A stretch of DNA of 64,000 nucleotides from Lachnospiraceae bacterium (GTDB taxonomy: Bacteria > Bacillota > Clostridia > TANB77 > CAG-508). A program made the translations under genes and the position numbers. The DNA lies in contig CAVFFZ010000002.1 of the NCBI GenBank assembly GCA_963621995.1, positions 41,166 through 105,165 on the forward strand. The letters are read 5' to 3'. Positions 48,999 to 57,865 of the stretch are shown here, piece by piece; the stretch's first letter is position 1, and every line of letters starts with the position of its first letter. The notes under the pieces were generated by a model. It did no database searches. It was given only the letters and a program-made list of their open reading frames with translations, and was not told the DNA's origin.

Positions 48999-49097
48999 AA
49001 GTTTGTTCTGGGGAAAGTATTCTAGGACAATCATAAAGTAAAAGTTTTAACAAATTTTATATAGTTAAGACAATGTAGAAAACAAGGAGGTTTTTTT

Positions 49098-51734
49098 ATG
49101 AGTCAAAAATATGTATACCTTTTTAGCGAAGGAAATGCAGACATGCGTGAACTTTTAGGAGGTAAAGGAGCTAACTTAGCAGAAATGACTAACTTAGGTT
49201 TACCAGTTCCTCAAGGTTTTACAATTACTACTGAAGCATGTACAAAATACTATGAAGATGGTAGAGAAATTAATGAAGAAATTCAAAAACAAATTAATGA
49301 GTACATTGGCAAAATGGAAGAAATTACAGGAAAAAAATTTGGAGATAAAGAAAATCCATTATTAGTTTCTGTAAGATCAGGAGCTAGAGCATCAATGCCT
49401 GGTATGATGGATACAATATTAAACTTAGGTTTAAACGAAGATGTTGTTAATGTAATAGCAGAAAAATCAAACAATCCACGTTGGGCATGGGATTGCTATC
49501 GTAGATTTATTCAAATGTATTCAGATGTTGTTATGGAAGTTGGTAAAAAATACTTTGAACAACTTATCGATGAAATGAAAGCTAAGAAAGGTGTTAAACA
49601 AGATATAGAACTTGATGCTAACGATTTAAAAGAATTAGCAAACCAATTCAAAGCAGAGTATAAATCAAAAATAGGACAAGATTTCCCAAACGATCCAAAA
49701 GAACAATTAATGGGAGCTATAAAAGCTGTATTCAGATCATGGGATAACCCACGTGCTAATGTTTACAGAAGAGATAACGATATTCCTTATTCTTGGGGAA
49801 CAGCTGTTAACGTTCAATCTATGGCATTTGGTAACATGGGAGACGACTGTGGTACTGGTGTTGCATTTACTCGTGACCCAGCTACAGGAGAAAAAGGCTT
49901 ATTTGGAGAATTCTTAACAAATGCACAAGGTGAAGACGTTGTTGCTGGTGTTCGTACACCTATGAAAATTACAGAAATGGCTAACAAATTCCCAGAAGCA
50001 TTCGAAGAATTCAAAAAAGTATGCCAAACACTTGAAAATCACTATCGTGATATGCAAGATATGGAATTTACTGTTGAACATGGTAAATTATACATGTTAC
50101 AAACAAGAAATGGTAAAAGAACAGCTCAAGCTGCTTTAAAAATAGCTTGTGATTTAGTTGACGAAGGAATGCGTACAGAACAAGAAGCTGTATTAATGAT
50201 AGATCCTCGTAACTTAGATACATTATTACACCCACAATTTAATACAAAAGCTTTAAAAGAAGCCAAAGTTGCTGGAAGAGGTTTAGGTGCTTCTCCTGGA
50301 GCTGCTTGTGGTAAAATAGTATTCACAGCTGAAGATGCCGAAGCTCAAGGTATCGGTGGAAAAGGTGAAAAAGTTGTATTAGTAAGACTTGAAACTTCAC
50401 CAGAAGATATTACAGGTATGAAAGCTGCACAAGGTATCCTAACAGTACGTGGTGGTATGACATCACACGCTGCAGTTGTTGCTCGTGGTATGGGTACATG
50501 TTGTGTTTCAGGATGTGGAGACATCGTAATGGATGAAGAAAACAAACAATTCACATTAGCTGGAAAAACATATCATGAAGGAGATATAATCTCAATAGAT
50601 GGAACAACAGGAAACATCTATGACGGAGCAATTCCAACAGTTGATGCTACAATCGCTGGTGAATTTGGTCGTGTTATGGAATGGGCAGACAAATATAGAA
50701 AATTAGGTGTTAGAACTAACGCAGATACACCAAGAGATACTAAAAAAGCTATCGAATTAGGAGCTGAAGGTATTGGATTATGTAGAACAGAGCATATGTT
50801 CTTTGATGAAGAAAGAATCTTTGCTATCAGAAAAATGATATTATCTGAAACAGTTGAAGAAAGAGAAAAAGCATTAGCTTTATTAATTCCTTTCCAAAAA
50901 GGTGACTTCAAAGCTATGTACAAAGAATTAAAAGGATTACCAATGACAGTACGTTATTTAGATCCACCTCTACATGAATTCTTACCAAAAGAAGAAGCTG
51001 ATATTGCAGCATTAGCTAAAGATATGGGAGTTACTGTAGAACACTTAACTGCTAAATGTGCGGAATTACATGAATTTAACCCAATGATGGGTCATAGAGG
51101 ATGCCGTCTAGCTGTAACTTATCCAGAAATAGCTAAAATGCAAACTAGAGCATTAATGGAAGCTGCTATTGAAGTAAAAGAAGAAGAAGGATACGATATA
51201 GTTCCTGAAATTATGATTCCATTAGTTGGAGAAGTAAAAGAATTAAAATTTGTTAAAAATATAGTTGTTGAAACAGCTGAATTAGTTAAGAAAGAAAAAG
51301 GTTCTAATATGGAATACCATATTGGTACAATGATTGAAATACCAAGAGCAGCATTAACAGCTGATCAAATTGCTAAAGAAGCTGAATTCTTCTCATTTGG
51401 AACAAATGACTTAACACAAATGACATTTGGTTTCTCAAGAGATGACGCTGGAAAATTCCTAGGAGCTTACTATGCAAACAAAATTTATGAACAAGATCCA
51501 TTTGCAAGACTTGATCAAGTTGGTGTTGGACAATTAGTAAAAATGGCTGCTGAAAAAGGAAAATCAGTAAGACCAAATATTAAATTAGGAATATGTGGAG
51601 AACATGGTGGAGACCCATCAAGTGTAGAATTCTGCCATAATGTTGGATTAACATATGTATCATGCTCACCATTTAGAGTTCCAATCGCAAGATTAGCTGC
51701 TGCACAAGCTGCAATAAAAAATCCTAACAGATAG
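49098..51734 (+). CDS. ppdK: Pyruvate, phosphate dikinase
   Basis: 878 aa. Phosphohistidine region GGMTSHAAVVARGMG. PEP-utilising C-terminal TIM barrel. Codon usage is visibly less AT-biased, consistent with high expression. Confidence 0.97.
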   Translation: MSQKYVYLFSEGNADMRELLGGKGANLAEMTNLGLPVPQGFTITTEACTKYYEDGREINEEIQKQINEYIGKMEEITGKKFGDKENPLLVSVRSGARASMPGMMDTILNLGLNEDVVNVIAEKSNNPRWAWDCYRRFIQMYSDVVMEVGKKYFEQLIDEMKAKKGVKQDIELDANDLKELANQFKAEYKSKIGQDFPNDPKEQLMGAIKAVFRSWDNPRANVYRRDNDIPYSWGTAVNVQSMAFGNMGDDCGTGVAFTRDPATGEKGLFGEFLTNAQGEDVVAGVRTPMKITEMANKFPEAFEEFKKVCQTLENHYRDMQDMEFTVEHGKLYMLQTRNGKRTAQAALKIACDLVDEGMRTEQEAVLMIDPRNLDTLLHPQFNTKALKEAKVAGRGLGASPGAACGKIVFTAEDAEAQGIGGKGEKVVLVRLETSPEDITGMKAAQGILTVRGGMTSHAAVVARGMGTCCVSGCGDIVMDEENKQFTLAGKTYHEGDIISIDGTTGNIYDGAIPTVDATIAGEFGRVMEWADKYRKLGVRTNADTPRDTKKAIELGAEGIGLCRTEHMFFDEERIFAIRKMILSETVEEREKALALLIPFQKGDFKAMYKELKGLPMTVRYLDPPLHEFLPKEEADIAALAKDMGVTVEHLTAKCAELHEFNPMMGHRGCRLAVTYPEIAKMQTRALMEAAIEVKEEEGYDIVPEIMIPLVGEVKELKFVKNIVVETAELVKKEKGSNMEYHIGTMIEIPRAALTADQIAKEAEFFSFGTNDLTQMTFGFSRDDAGKFLGAYYANKIYEQDPFARLDQVGVGQLVKMAAEKGKSVRPNIKLGICGEHGGDPSSVEFCHNVGLTYVSCSPFRVPIARLAAAQAAIKNPNR

Positions 51735-51742
51735 AAATTACA

Positions 51743-51775
51743 AAAATCGTTTACTTTAAAGTAAGCGATTTTTTT
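51743..51775 (+). terminator. Rho-independent terminator of ppdK
   Basis: Stem aaatcgtttac / gtaagcgattt followed by T7. Confidence 0.65.
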
Positions 51776-51935
51776 ATATTCTAGGAATGTTCTCCAAACT
51801 TCCCTAGAATATAAAAAGCTTCGCTAAACATTCCACACAAATTTTATGTAATAAAATTTGGCGGTTGAACAAAGACGAGGCATGAAGAATTTTCTGAAAT
51901 GTCTAAAAATGGTAATCATGCTTCTTTTGCTCCTC
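51776..51935 (+). repeat. Family B repeat, copy B3, with complete head palindrome
   Basis: tattctaggaatgtt-ctcc-aaacttccctagaata, followed by the same body as B1. Confidence 0.9.
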
Positions 51936-51938
51936 AAC

Positions 51939-51972
51939 TAAGGACAAAACTGACCCGTCCCCAAATGTCCTA
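51939..51972 (-). repeat. Family A terminal hairpin (degenerate, reverse orientation) fused to the 3' end of B3
   Basis: taaggacaaaactgacccgtccccaaatgtccta. Confidence 0.8.
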
Positions 51973-51982
51973 TATGGAATTC

Positions 51983-52010
51983 TTGACAAAAAAGAGAAAT
52001 GTTATATAAT
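51983..52010 (+). promoter_or_regulatory. Sigma-A-like promoter
   Basis: TTGACA, 16-nt spacer, TATAAT. Confidence 0.55.
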
Positions 52011-52039
52011 AAAAAAGCAATAGATAAGGGGAGATAGAA

Positions 52040-52654
52040 GTGATATTAATAAATGCAATAAAACATTTTGGAACAATAACAAAACATAAATGGATAGTAT
52101 TTAAACTATGCTGTAAGGCAGGAGAACCATGGAGAGGATTTATGCATGATTGGTCAAAATATAGTCCAACAGAATTTTGGGAATCCGCTAAATACTACAC
52201 AGGAAAGTTTAGTCCAATACACGCGTGTAGAAAAATAAATGGATACTCAAAAGCATGGCTTCATCATAAAGGTAGAAATAAGCATCATCATGAATATTGG
52301 TATGATTATGCAACTGAAGAAAAAACACCAGTAATGCCATATAAATATGCTGTAGAGATGATATGTGATAACCTAGCGGCAGGAAAAGTCTACAATGGAA
52401 AGAAATGGACCAATAGTACACAATTAGAATATTGGACAAAAGTAGAAAGTAAAAAGAGAGTAAATCCAAAAATAAATAAATTTGCTAAAGAAATATTTAA
52501 ACAAGTAAGTGAACAGGGAATAAATCCTGTTATAAAGAAGAAAAACTTAAAAAAAGTTTATAATGAGATTGTTTTTAATAAAAATGAAGACATTGAAAAT
52601 AAACTAATAGAAGAGAAAAATAAAACTACTAATTTTTATAATAGTGTCAAATAA
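52040..52654 (+). CDS. DUF5662-like protein
   Basis: GTG start with RBS aaggggag. Motif ...HKWIVFKLCCKAG...FMHDWSKYSPTEF... Confidence 0.55.
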   Translation: MILINAIKHFGTITKHKWIVFKLCCKAGEPWRGFMHDWSKYSPTEFWESAKYYTGKFSPIHACRKINGYSKAWLHHKGRNKHHHEYWYDYATEEKTPVMPYKYAVEMICDNLAAGKVYNGKKWTNSTQLEYWTKVESKKRVNPKINKFAKEIFKQVSEQGINPVIKKKNLKKVYNEIVFNKNEDIENKLIEEKNKTTNFYNSVK

Positions 52655-52752
52655 TGTAATATAATTGTAATATAAAAGTAAATAAATAGTAACACATTTT
52701 TTATATGTTTAGTGCTATAATAATAAAACAATTTAATTAAAAGGGTGGAAAA

Positions 52753-53580
52753 ATGAACGAAGAAAAAGACACAAAAACTAAGGATGTAGAATTAAATAGT
52801 GAAGAATTTATAAGAAAAGCTAGAAAAGAGGAATTTGACAATATTTTATCTAAAATAAAGAAAATGTCAGATGCAGTAGAATTACATAAAAACGTAAAAA
52901 AGGCTGTTTCAGAAGACAAAGTTGATAATAATTATTTGAAATATATTGAAAACTCTTTAGAAGATAAGATTTTTTGTGATGCGAAATTTGATAAAATAAG
53001 ATCAAAAATCTTATTAGAAGTAGTATGTCCAGACTTAGTAAAACTTGAAAATTTCGAAATTGAAAAATTAGAAATAACTACTATTGGTTCTCACTTTGAA
53101 GAAATAGAAAATTATATAGATAAAATTTGTACATATGATAATAAATTTGTGTGCTTGTTTGGTGTAAATGAAAATAATCCTGAAAAAGTTATAAAATATG
53201 AACCAAGAAAATTTAGTAGACAGGATATGGTTGAGGCTATTTGTGGTAAATTAGAAGATGGAAACGTAGCTCAAATGGAACAATATGATGAATATTATGT
53301 AGTTACGGATAATAATGGATTAAAAGTATTTTCAGAAAGAAAAATAGTTGCCTTAATGAAAGTAGAAGAAACAGTTTTTGATAAAATAAAAGGTAAAATA
53401 TCTTCTTTGTTTTCAAATATGTTTTCAAAAAAGAAATGTATGCCTAATATAAAATTAGTATATGATACTAATCCAAATAGATTTGAAAATTTTGAGCATA
53501 CAAGCAAAGTGGATGCTAAAAGTAGAATGAAAGTACTATTACAAAAAGAAAGAGAGATAACAAGAAATACCGATTCATAA
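52753..53580 (+). CDS. Hypothetical soluble protein (275 aa)
   Basis: Long ORF with RBS aaagggtgg 5 nt upstream. No motif recognised. Confidence 0.5.
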   Translation: MNEEKDTKTKDVELNSEEFIRKARKEEFDNILSKIKKMSDAVELHKNVKKAVSEDKVDNNYLKYIENSLEDKIFCDAKFDKIRSKILLEVVCPDLVKLENFEIEKLEITTIGSHFEEIENYIDKICTYDNKFVCLFGVNENNPEKVIKYEPRKFSRQDMVEAICGKLEDGNVAQMEQYDEYYVVTDNNGLKVFSERKIVALMKVEETVFDKIKGKISSLFSNMFSKKKCMPNIKLVYDTNPNRFENFEHTSKVDAKSRMKVLLQKEREITRNTDS

Positions 53581-53633
53581 ATGAAAAAATATACCATGTA
53601 TTGGAATTTATTAATAATTTTTTTATCTATGTA

Positions 53634-53662
53634 TTGACAAAATATAAAAAAATTAGTATAAT
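53634..53662 (+). promoter_or_regulatory. Sigma-A consensus promoter of rpmF
   Basis: TTGACA, 17-nt spacer, TATAAT. Confidence 0.65.
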
Positions 53663-53735
53663 TTTATGGTACTTAAAAAAGAGAAAACTATGTAAAATAG
53701 ATACATAAAGATAAATTTGCGAGGGGGGAATAAAA

Positions 53736-53918
53736 ATGGCACAACCAAAAAGAAGATGGTCAAAAGCAAGAACAGGCTTAAAAAGATCAACATGGAAATT
53801 AGAAAATAAAAATTTAGTAGAATGCCCACATTGCCATGAAATGGTAATGCAACATAGAGTTTGCTCTAATTGTGGATACTATAACGGAAAAGAAATAATA
53901 GCAAAAAAAGAAGACTAA
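53736..53918 (+). CDS. rpmF: 50S ribosomal protein L32 (zinc-ribbon form)
   Basis: MAQPKRRWSKARTGLKRS... with CPHC...CSNC. Confidence 0.95.
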   Translation: MAQPKRRWSKARTGLKRSTWKLENKNLVECPHCHEMVMQHRVCSNCGYYNGKEIIAKKED

Positions 53919-53932
53919 AATATTAAGTAATA

Positions 53933-53965
53933 AAAATTGCACAGTATTTATACTGTGTTTTTTTT
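53933..53965 (+). terminator. Rho-independent terminator
   Basis: Stem cacagta / tactgtg followed by T8. Confidence 0.6.
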
Positions 53966-54056
53966 ATTATTTTACTTAAAAGATATTTTCAAGCCAAAAA
54001 AGTAATGTTATAATAAATCAAAAATAACAGAAAATATAAAGATAGGAGTTATACAA

Positions 54057-55796
54057 ATGAAAGAAGTGATATATAAGGTAATTAATCAAATAAAGAAAAA
54101 TAAATGGATACATTATGCAATAATAATTATAGTTGGAATAATATTAAGTATGCCGTTAGCAAAAATTCAAATTCGAGATACACATGATGGTTTCCTACAC
54201 TTATTACGTTTAGTAGGTACGAATAATGCATTAAAAATTGGAGAAATTCCACCTATAGTAGCACCATATTTTTGTAGTGGTGGAGGGTATGCAATGAACT
54301 TATTTTATAATCCATTAGTAACATATATTCCTCTATTAATAAAATTATTTACACCTACTTATACAATGGCATTGAAAATATTTGCAGGCATATGTATAGT
54401 TTTATCTGGAGTAACTATGTATAAATTTGTATATCAAGTTACTAAAAATAGAGCTATAGCAGTATTTTCAAGCATTATATATTTAATAGCTCCTTATAAA
54501 TTAAGCGATGTTTATAAAAGATTTGCAATTGGAGAATTTGCTTCTTTTATATTTATACCAATTCTATTTATTGGTGTGTATAGCTTATTCGATCAAGATG
54601 GAAAAAAGCATTATTACATAGCAATAGGAACAATTGGATTAATATTAACACATACTGTTACTACTTTTTATATGGCATTTTTCTGTGCAATATATGTATT
54701 ATTCCATATAAAGAAATTAAAGGATAAAAGGATTATTAAAAATATAATAATAAATGTAATATTTATTATATTAGTTTCAATTTGTTTTACTGCACCAATG
54801 TTAGAAGCAAAGCAATCAGCCCAATATACTATTTTTGACAGTAATATAATGTGTACTAATGGAATTTACGTATATGAAAATACATTAGAATTGAGTGAAT
54901 TTTTTGTAGATATAGGAGAAGAAAATGCAACTACATATATAATAGGAGTACCAACCTTTGTACTAATGTGTTTAACATTATTCACATTTAAAAAGGTAGA
55001 AAAAAATTATAAAGATTTTTATATATTATCATTATTATTTTCATTTATTGCTTTATATATGTCAAGTAAGTATTGCCCATGGTTTGTGTTTCCAGATTTC
55101 TTTTGTAAATTGCAATATCCATGGAGAATGATGGGATTCTTTGCATTCTTTATATCTTTTATTGCGGGAGTGAATTTATATATATTATTAAAAAATCTAA
55201 TAAACAATGATATATTAAAGCTATTGATAGCAACAATTATTGTAGTATTGTCAGTATCATATACTATACCATTAATAGAACAGTATAAAACAAATGATGA
55301 AACTAAAGATAAAGAATGGGAAAGTAATGTAGTAAATAATCCATATATAAACCATATGAGAATAAATAGAGATTATTTACCAATAAAAGCATTAGTATTA
55401 CAACATACATATTTAAAAGAAAAAGAAGATAAGATATATATTTTAAATGGAAAAGCAAATATAATTAATGAAAATAAACAGGATTTAAAAATTGATGCAA
55501 CATTAGAAAATATTGATAAAGATACAACTATAGAATTTCCATTTTTCTATTATCCTGGCTATGAGGCTATAATAGAAATAGATGGTAATAAAACAAAAGT
55601 TGAGACAAAAGAATCTGAAAATGGTTTTGTAAGTATAACTATCAACGAAAATATAGAAAAATGCAATATACATGTTGAATATGTTGGTACAAAATTAACG
55701 TATATTTCATATATAATATCTGCAATAAGTTTAGTTATTTTTATAATATATATAATTCATGAAGTAAAAAGAGGAGAAAATAATGTCAAAAATTAG
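54057..55796 (+). CDS. Large polytopic membrane protein with C-terminal extracytoplasmic domain (GT-C-like), paralog 1
   Basis: 579 aa. N-terminal loop motif IRDTHDGFLHLLRLVG. Paralogous to the next gene. Confidence 0.55.
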   Translation: MKEVIYKVINQIKKNKWIHYAIIIIVGIILSMPLAKIQIRDTHDGFLHLLRLVGTNNALKIGEIPPIVAPYFCSGGGYAMNLFYNPLVTYIPLLIKLFTPTYTMALKIFAGICIVLSGVTMYKFVYQVTKNRAIAVFSSIIYLIAPYKLSDVYKRFAIGEFASFIFIPILFIGVYSLFDQDGKKHYYIAIGTIGLILTHTVTTFYMAFFCAIYVLFHIKKLKDKRIIKNIIINVIFIILVSICFTAPMLEAKQSAQYTIFDSNIMCTNGIYVYENTLELSEFFVDIGEENATTYIIGVPTFVLMCLTLFTFKKVEKNYKDFYILSLLFSFIALYMSSKYCPWFVFPDFFCKLQYPWRMMGFFAFFISFIAGVNLYILLKNLINNDILKLLIATIIVVLSVSYTIPLIEQYKTNDETKDKEWESNVVNNPYINHMRINRDYLPIKALVLQHTYLKEKEDKIYILNGKANIINENKQDLKIDATLENIDKDTTIEFPFFYYPGYEAIIEIDGNKTKVETKESENGFVSITINENIEKCNIHVEYVGTKLTYISYIISAISLVIFIIYIIHEVKRGENNVKN

Positions 55797-57510
55797 AGCA
55801 ATATTAGAAAAAGAAAACGTAAAATGTATAATAATATTATTTATAGCTTCATTATTTATTTGCATGCCGTTAATAAGCAAAAAAATAGATATAACATATG
55901 ATGATGGAATTCAACATATAGCAAGATTAATGGGAACATATCAATCCATTACAGAAGGTCAAAGTTTTCCAGTTATAATGTCAAATTTCTGTAATGGATT
56001 TGGGTATTCATGGAATCTATTTTATAGTCCACTTACAGCATATTTACCACTAATATTTAAAATTTTTGGAGCATCATTTATAGAATGTATAAAAATATTT
56101 ATGTTTTTATGTGTTTTTGCATCTGCTATTGCTATGTATTTTTGCACAAAAGAAATAACAAAAAGCAAAAAAATAGCTGTACTTGCAGGAATATTTTATG
56201 TCTTTGCACCATATAGGCTAACAGATATGTATTTGCGAAATGCATTGGCAGAGCTAGTTTCATTTACATTTTTACCAATGGTATTTCAAGGGTTATATGG
56301 AATACTAAAAAATAAGCCAAAAAGAGAATACATATTTATAATTGGATGTGTAGGATTAATTCTGACACATACAGTAATTACTTTATATGTTGCAATTATG
56401 TGTTTTGTTTATTTATTAACTCAAATTAAGAAATTAAAAGAATCTAAAAGAATAGTAATAAAAATTCTAATTTATATTGTAGTTGTATTAGCTATAACAA
56501 GTTTCTTTTGGATGCCATTATTAGAGCATAAACTAAATGCAAATTATGAAGTATTTAAACCAGGCAGGATGGAAAGAACAGACGTACTTATAGCATTCAA
56601 ATTAAATTTCTACGACTTATTTATAACAAAGTCAAGTAATATTATGATTTATGAAATAGGTCTATTAAGTGTTATAGCTTTAATATTAACACCTTTAGTT
56701 ATAAAGAAGATAAACAGAAAACTAAAAGGAACAGATTGTTACTATTTCTATTTGTTTTCATTAATAACAGGAATAGTGTGTTGTATTATGACTTTAGATA
56801 TATTTCCATTTGAATATTTACCAGCTACATTAAAAATGCTACAATTTTCATTTAGATTATTAGAGTTTTCATCATTTTTCTTTACTTTTGTAGTTGCAGT
56901 TAATATAAAAATACTAATGAAAAATTTGGGCTATAAAGATATTTTTGTAATAACAGGAATATTAATGTTAATTACACTAACATTTATTTCACATTTACAT
57001 TTTAAAGAAGAGGATATAGATGAAAGCAAGTTATGGCCAGCAGTAACAGTTACGGAAAATACTGGCAGAGTTCATGCAGGTTGTGCAAGTTTTGAATACT
57101 TGCCATGCAAAGCTTTTGAAAATAGAAAATATATAGAACAAAGATCAGATGATGTAATTGTACTTAAAGGAACTGCCAATATAGAAAACAAACAAAAAAA
57201 TGGAACTGAATTATCTTGTGACATTAGTAATGTAACAGAAGAAACTGAAATAGAACTTCCTTATATTTATTATTTAGGATATAATGTTGGAATAGAGAAT
57301 AATGGAAAAAAGAAAACTCTAAAAACATATGAAACAGAGAATGGATTTGTAGGAGTTAAAGTTTCAAATGTTGAAAAAGGAACATTGAAGGTTAAATATA
57401 CTGGAACTCCAATAATGCATATTTCTAGATTTATTTCTATAATTGGAGTAGGGCTAGTTATATACAAAATAATAATTATAGATAGGAAAGTGTTACATAA
57501 AGTGGTATAA
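55783..57510 (+). CDS. Large polytopic membrane protein (GT-C-like), paralog 2
   Basis: 575 aa. Motif ITYDDGIQHIARLMG. Start overlaps the upstream stop by 14 nt. The two C-terminal domains are colinear (both contain IEFPFFYYPGY / IELPYIYYLGY). Confidence 0.55.
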   Translation: MSKIRAILEKENVKCIIILFIASLFICMPLISKKIDITYDDGIQHIARLMGTYQSITEGQSFPVIMSNFCNGFGYSWNLFYSPLTAYLPLIFKIFGASFIECIKIFMFLCVFASAIAMYFCTKEITKSKKIAVLAGIFYVFAPYRLTDMYLRNALAELVSFTFLPMVFQGLYGILKNKPKREYIFIIGCVGLILTHTVITLYVAIMCFVYLLTQIKKLKESKRIVIKILIYIVVVLAITSFFWMPLLEHKLNANYEVFKPGRMERTDVLIAFKLNFYDLFITKSSNIMIYEIGLLSVIALILTPLVIKKINRKLKGTDCYYFYLFSLITGIVCCIMTLDIFPFEYLPATLKMLQFSFRLLEFSSFFFTFVVAVNIKILMKNLGYKDIFVITGILMLITLTFISHLHFKEEDIDESKLWPAVTVTENTGRVHAGCASFEYLPCKAFENRKYIEQRSDDVIVLKGTANIENKQKNGTELSCDISNVTEETEIELPYIYYLGYNVGIENNGKKKTLKTYETENGFVGVKVSNVEKGTLKVKYTGTPIMHISRFISIIGVGLVIYKIIIIDRKVLHKVV

Positions 57511-57695
57511 TTTTATTAGTTATTTTTAATATTTTAACACTATAGACTCATCTTATTAAACCAAAAGTTTAGCAAGGTGAGTTTATTTTAGCAATATGTG
57601 AAGTGAAAAAATAAGTACAATTCTGGGGGAAAAATGTATTATTAAATGTAATTTAAAAGTTTTAAACCTAACAATTCAATAAAATAAAAAATTCG

Positions 57696-57724
57696 TTGAC
57701 TAAATAATAAAAATGATATAAAAT
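57696..57724 (+). promoter_or_regulatory. Sigma-A-like promoter upstream of der
   Basis: TTGACT, 17-nt spacer, TAAAAT. Confidence 0.55.
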
Positions 57725-57743
57725 ATGTAATGTAAAAAATACA

Positions 57744-57803
57744 GGAATGTTTAGCAAAGCATTGTTATATTCTAGGGAAGTTCTCTAAACTTTTCTAGAA
57801 TAA
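57744..57803 (-). repeat. Family B head fragment (palindrome plus about 25 nt of body) in the der leader
   Basis: ggaatgtttagcaaagcattgttatattctagggaagtt-ctct-aaacttttctagaata. Its reverse complement matches aacttccctagaatata..gctttgctaaacattcc. Confidence 0.8.
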
Positions 57804-57865
57804 AATAAAGGTTTATAGGTAAAACCTTATTAAAAACCTAAATATATTAAATAAGGATACTTAAA

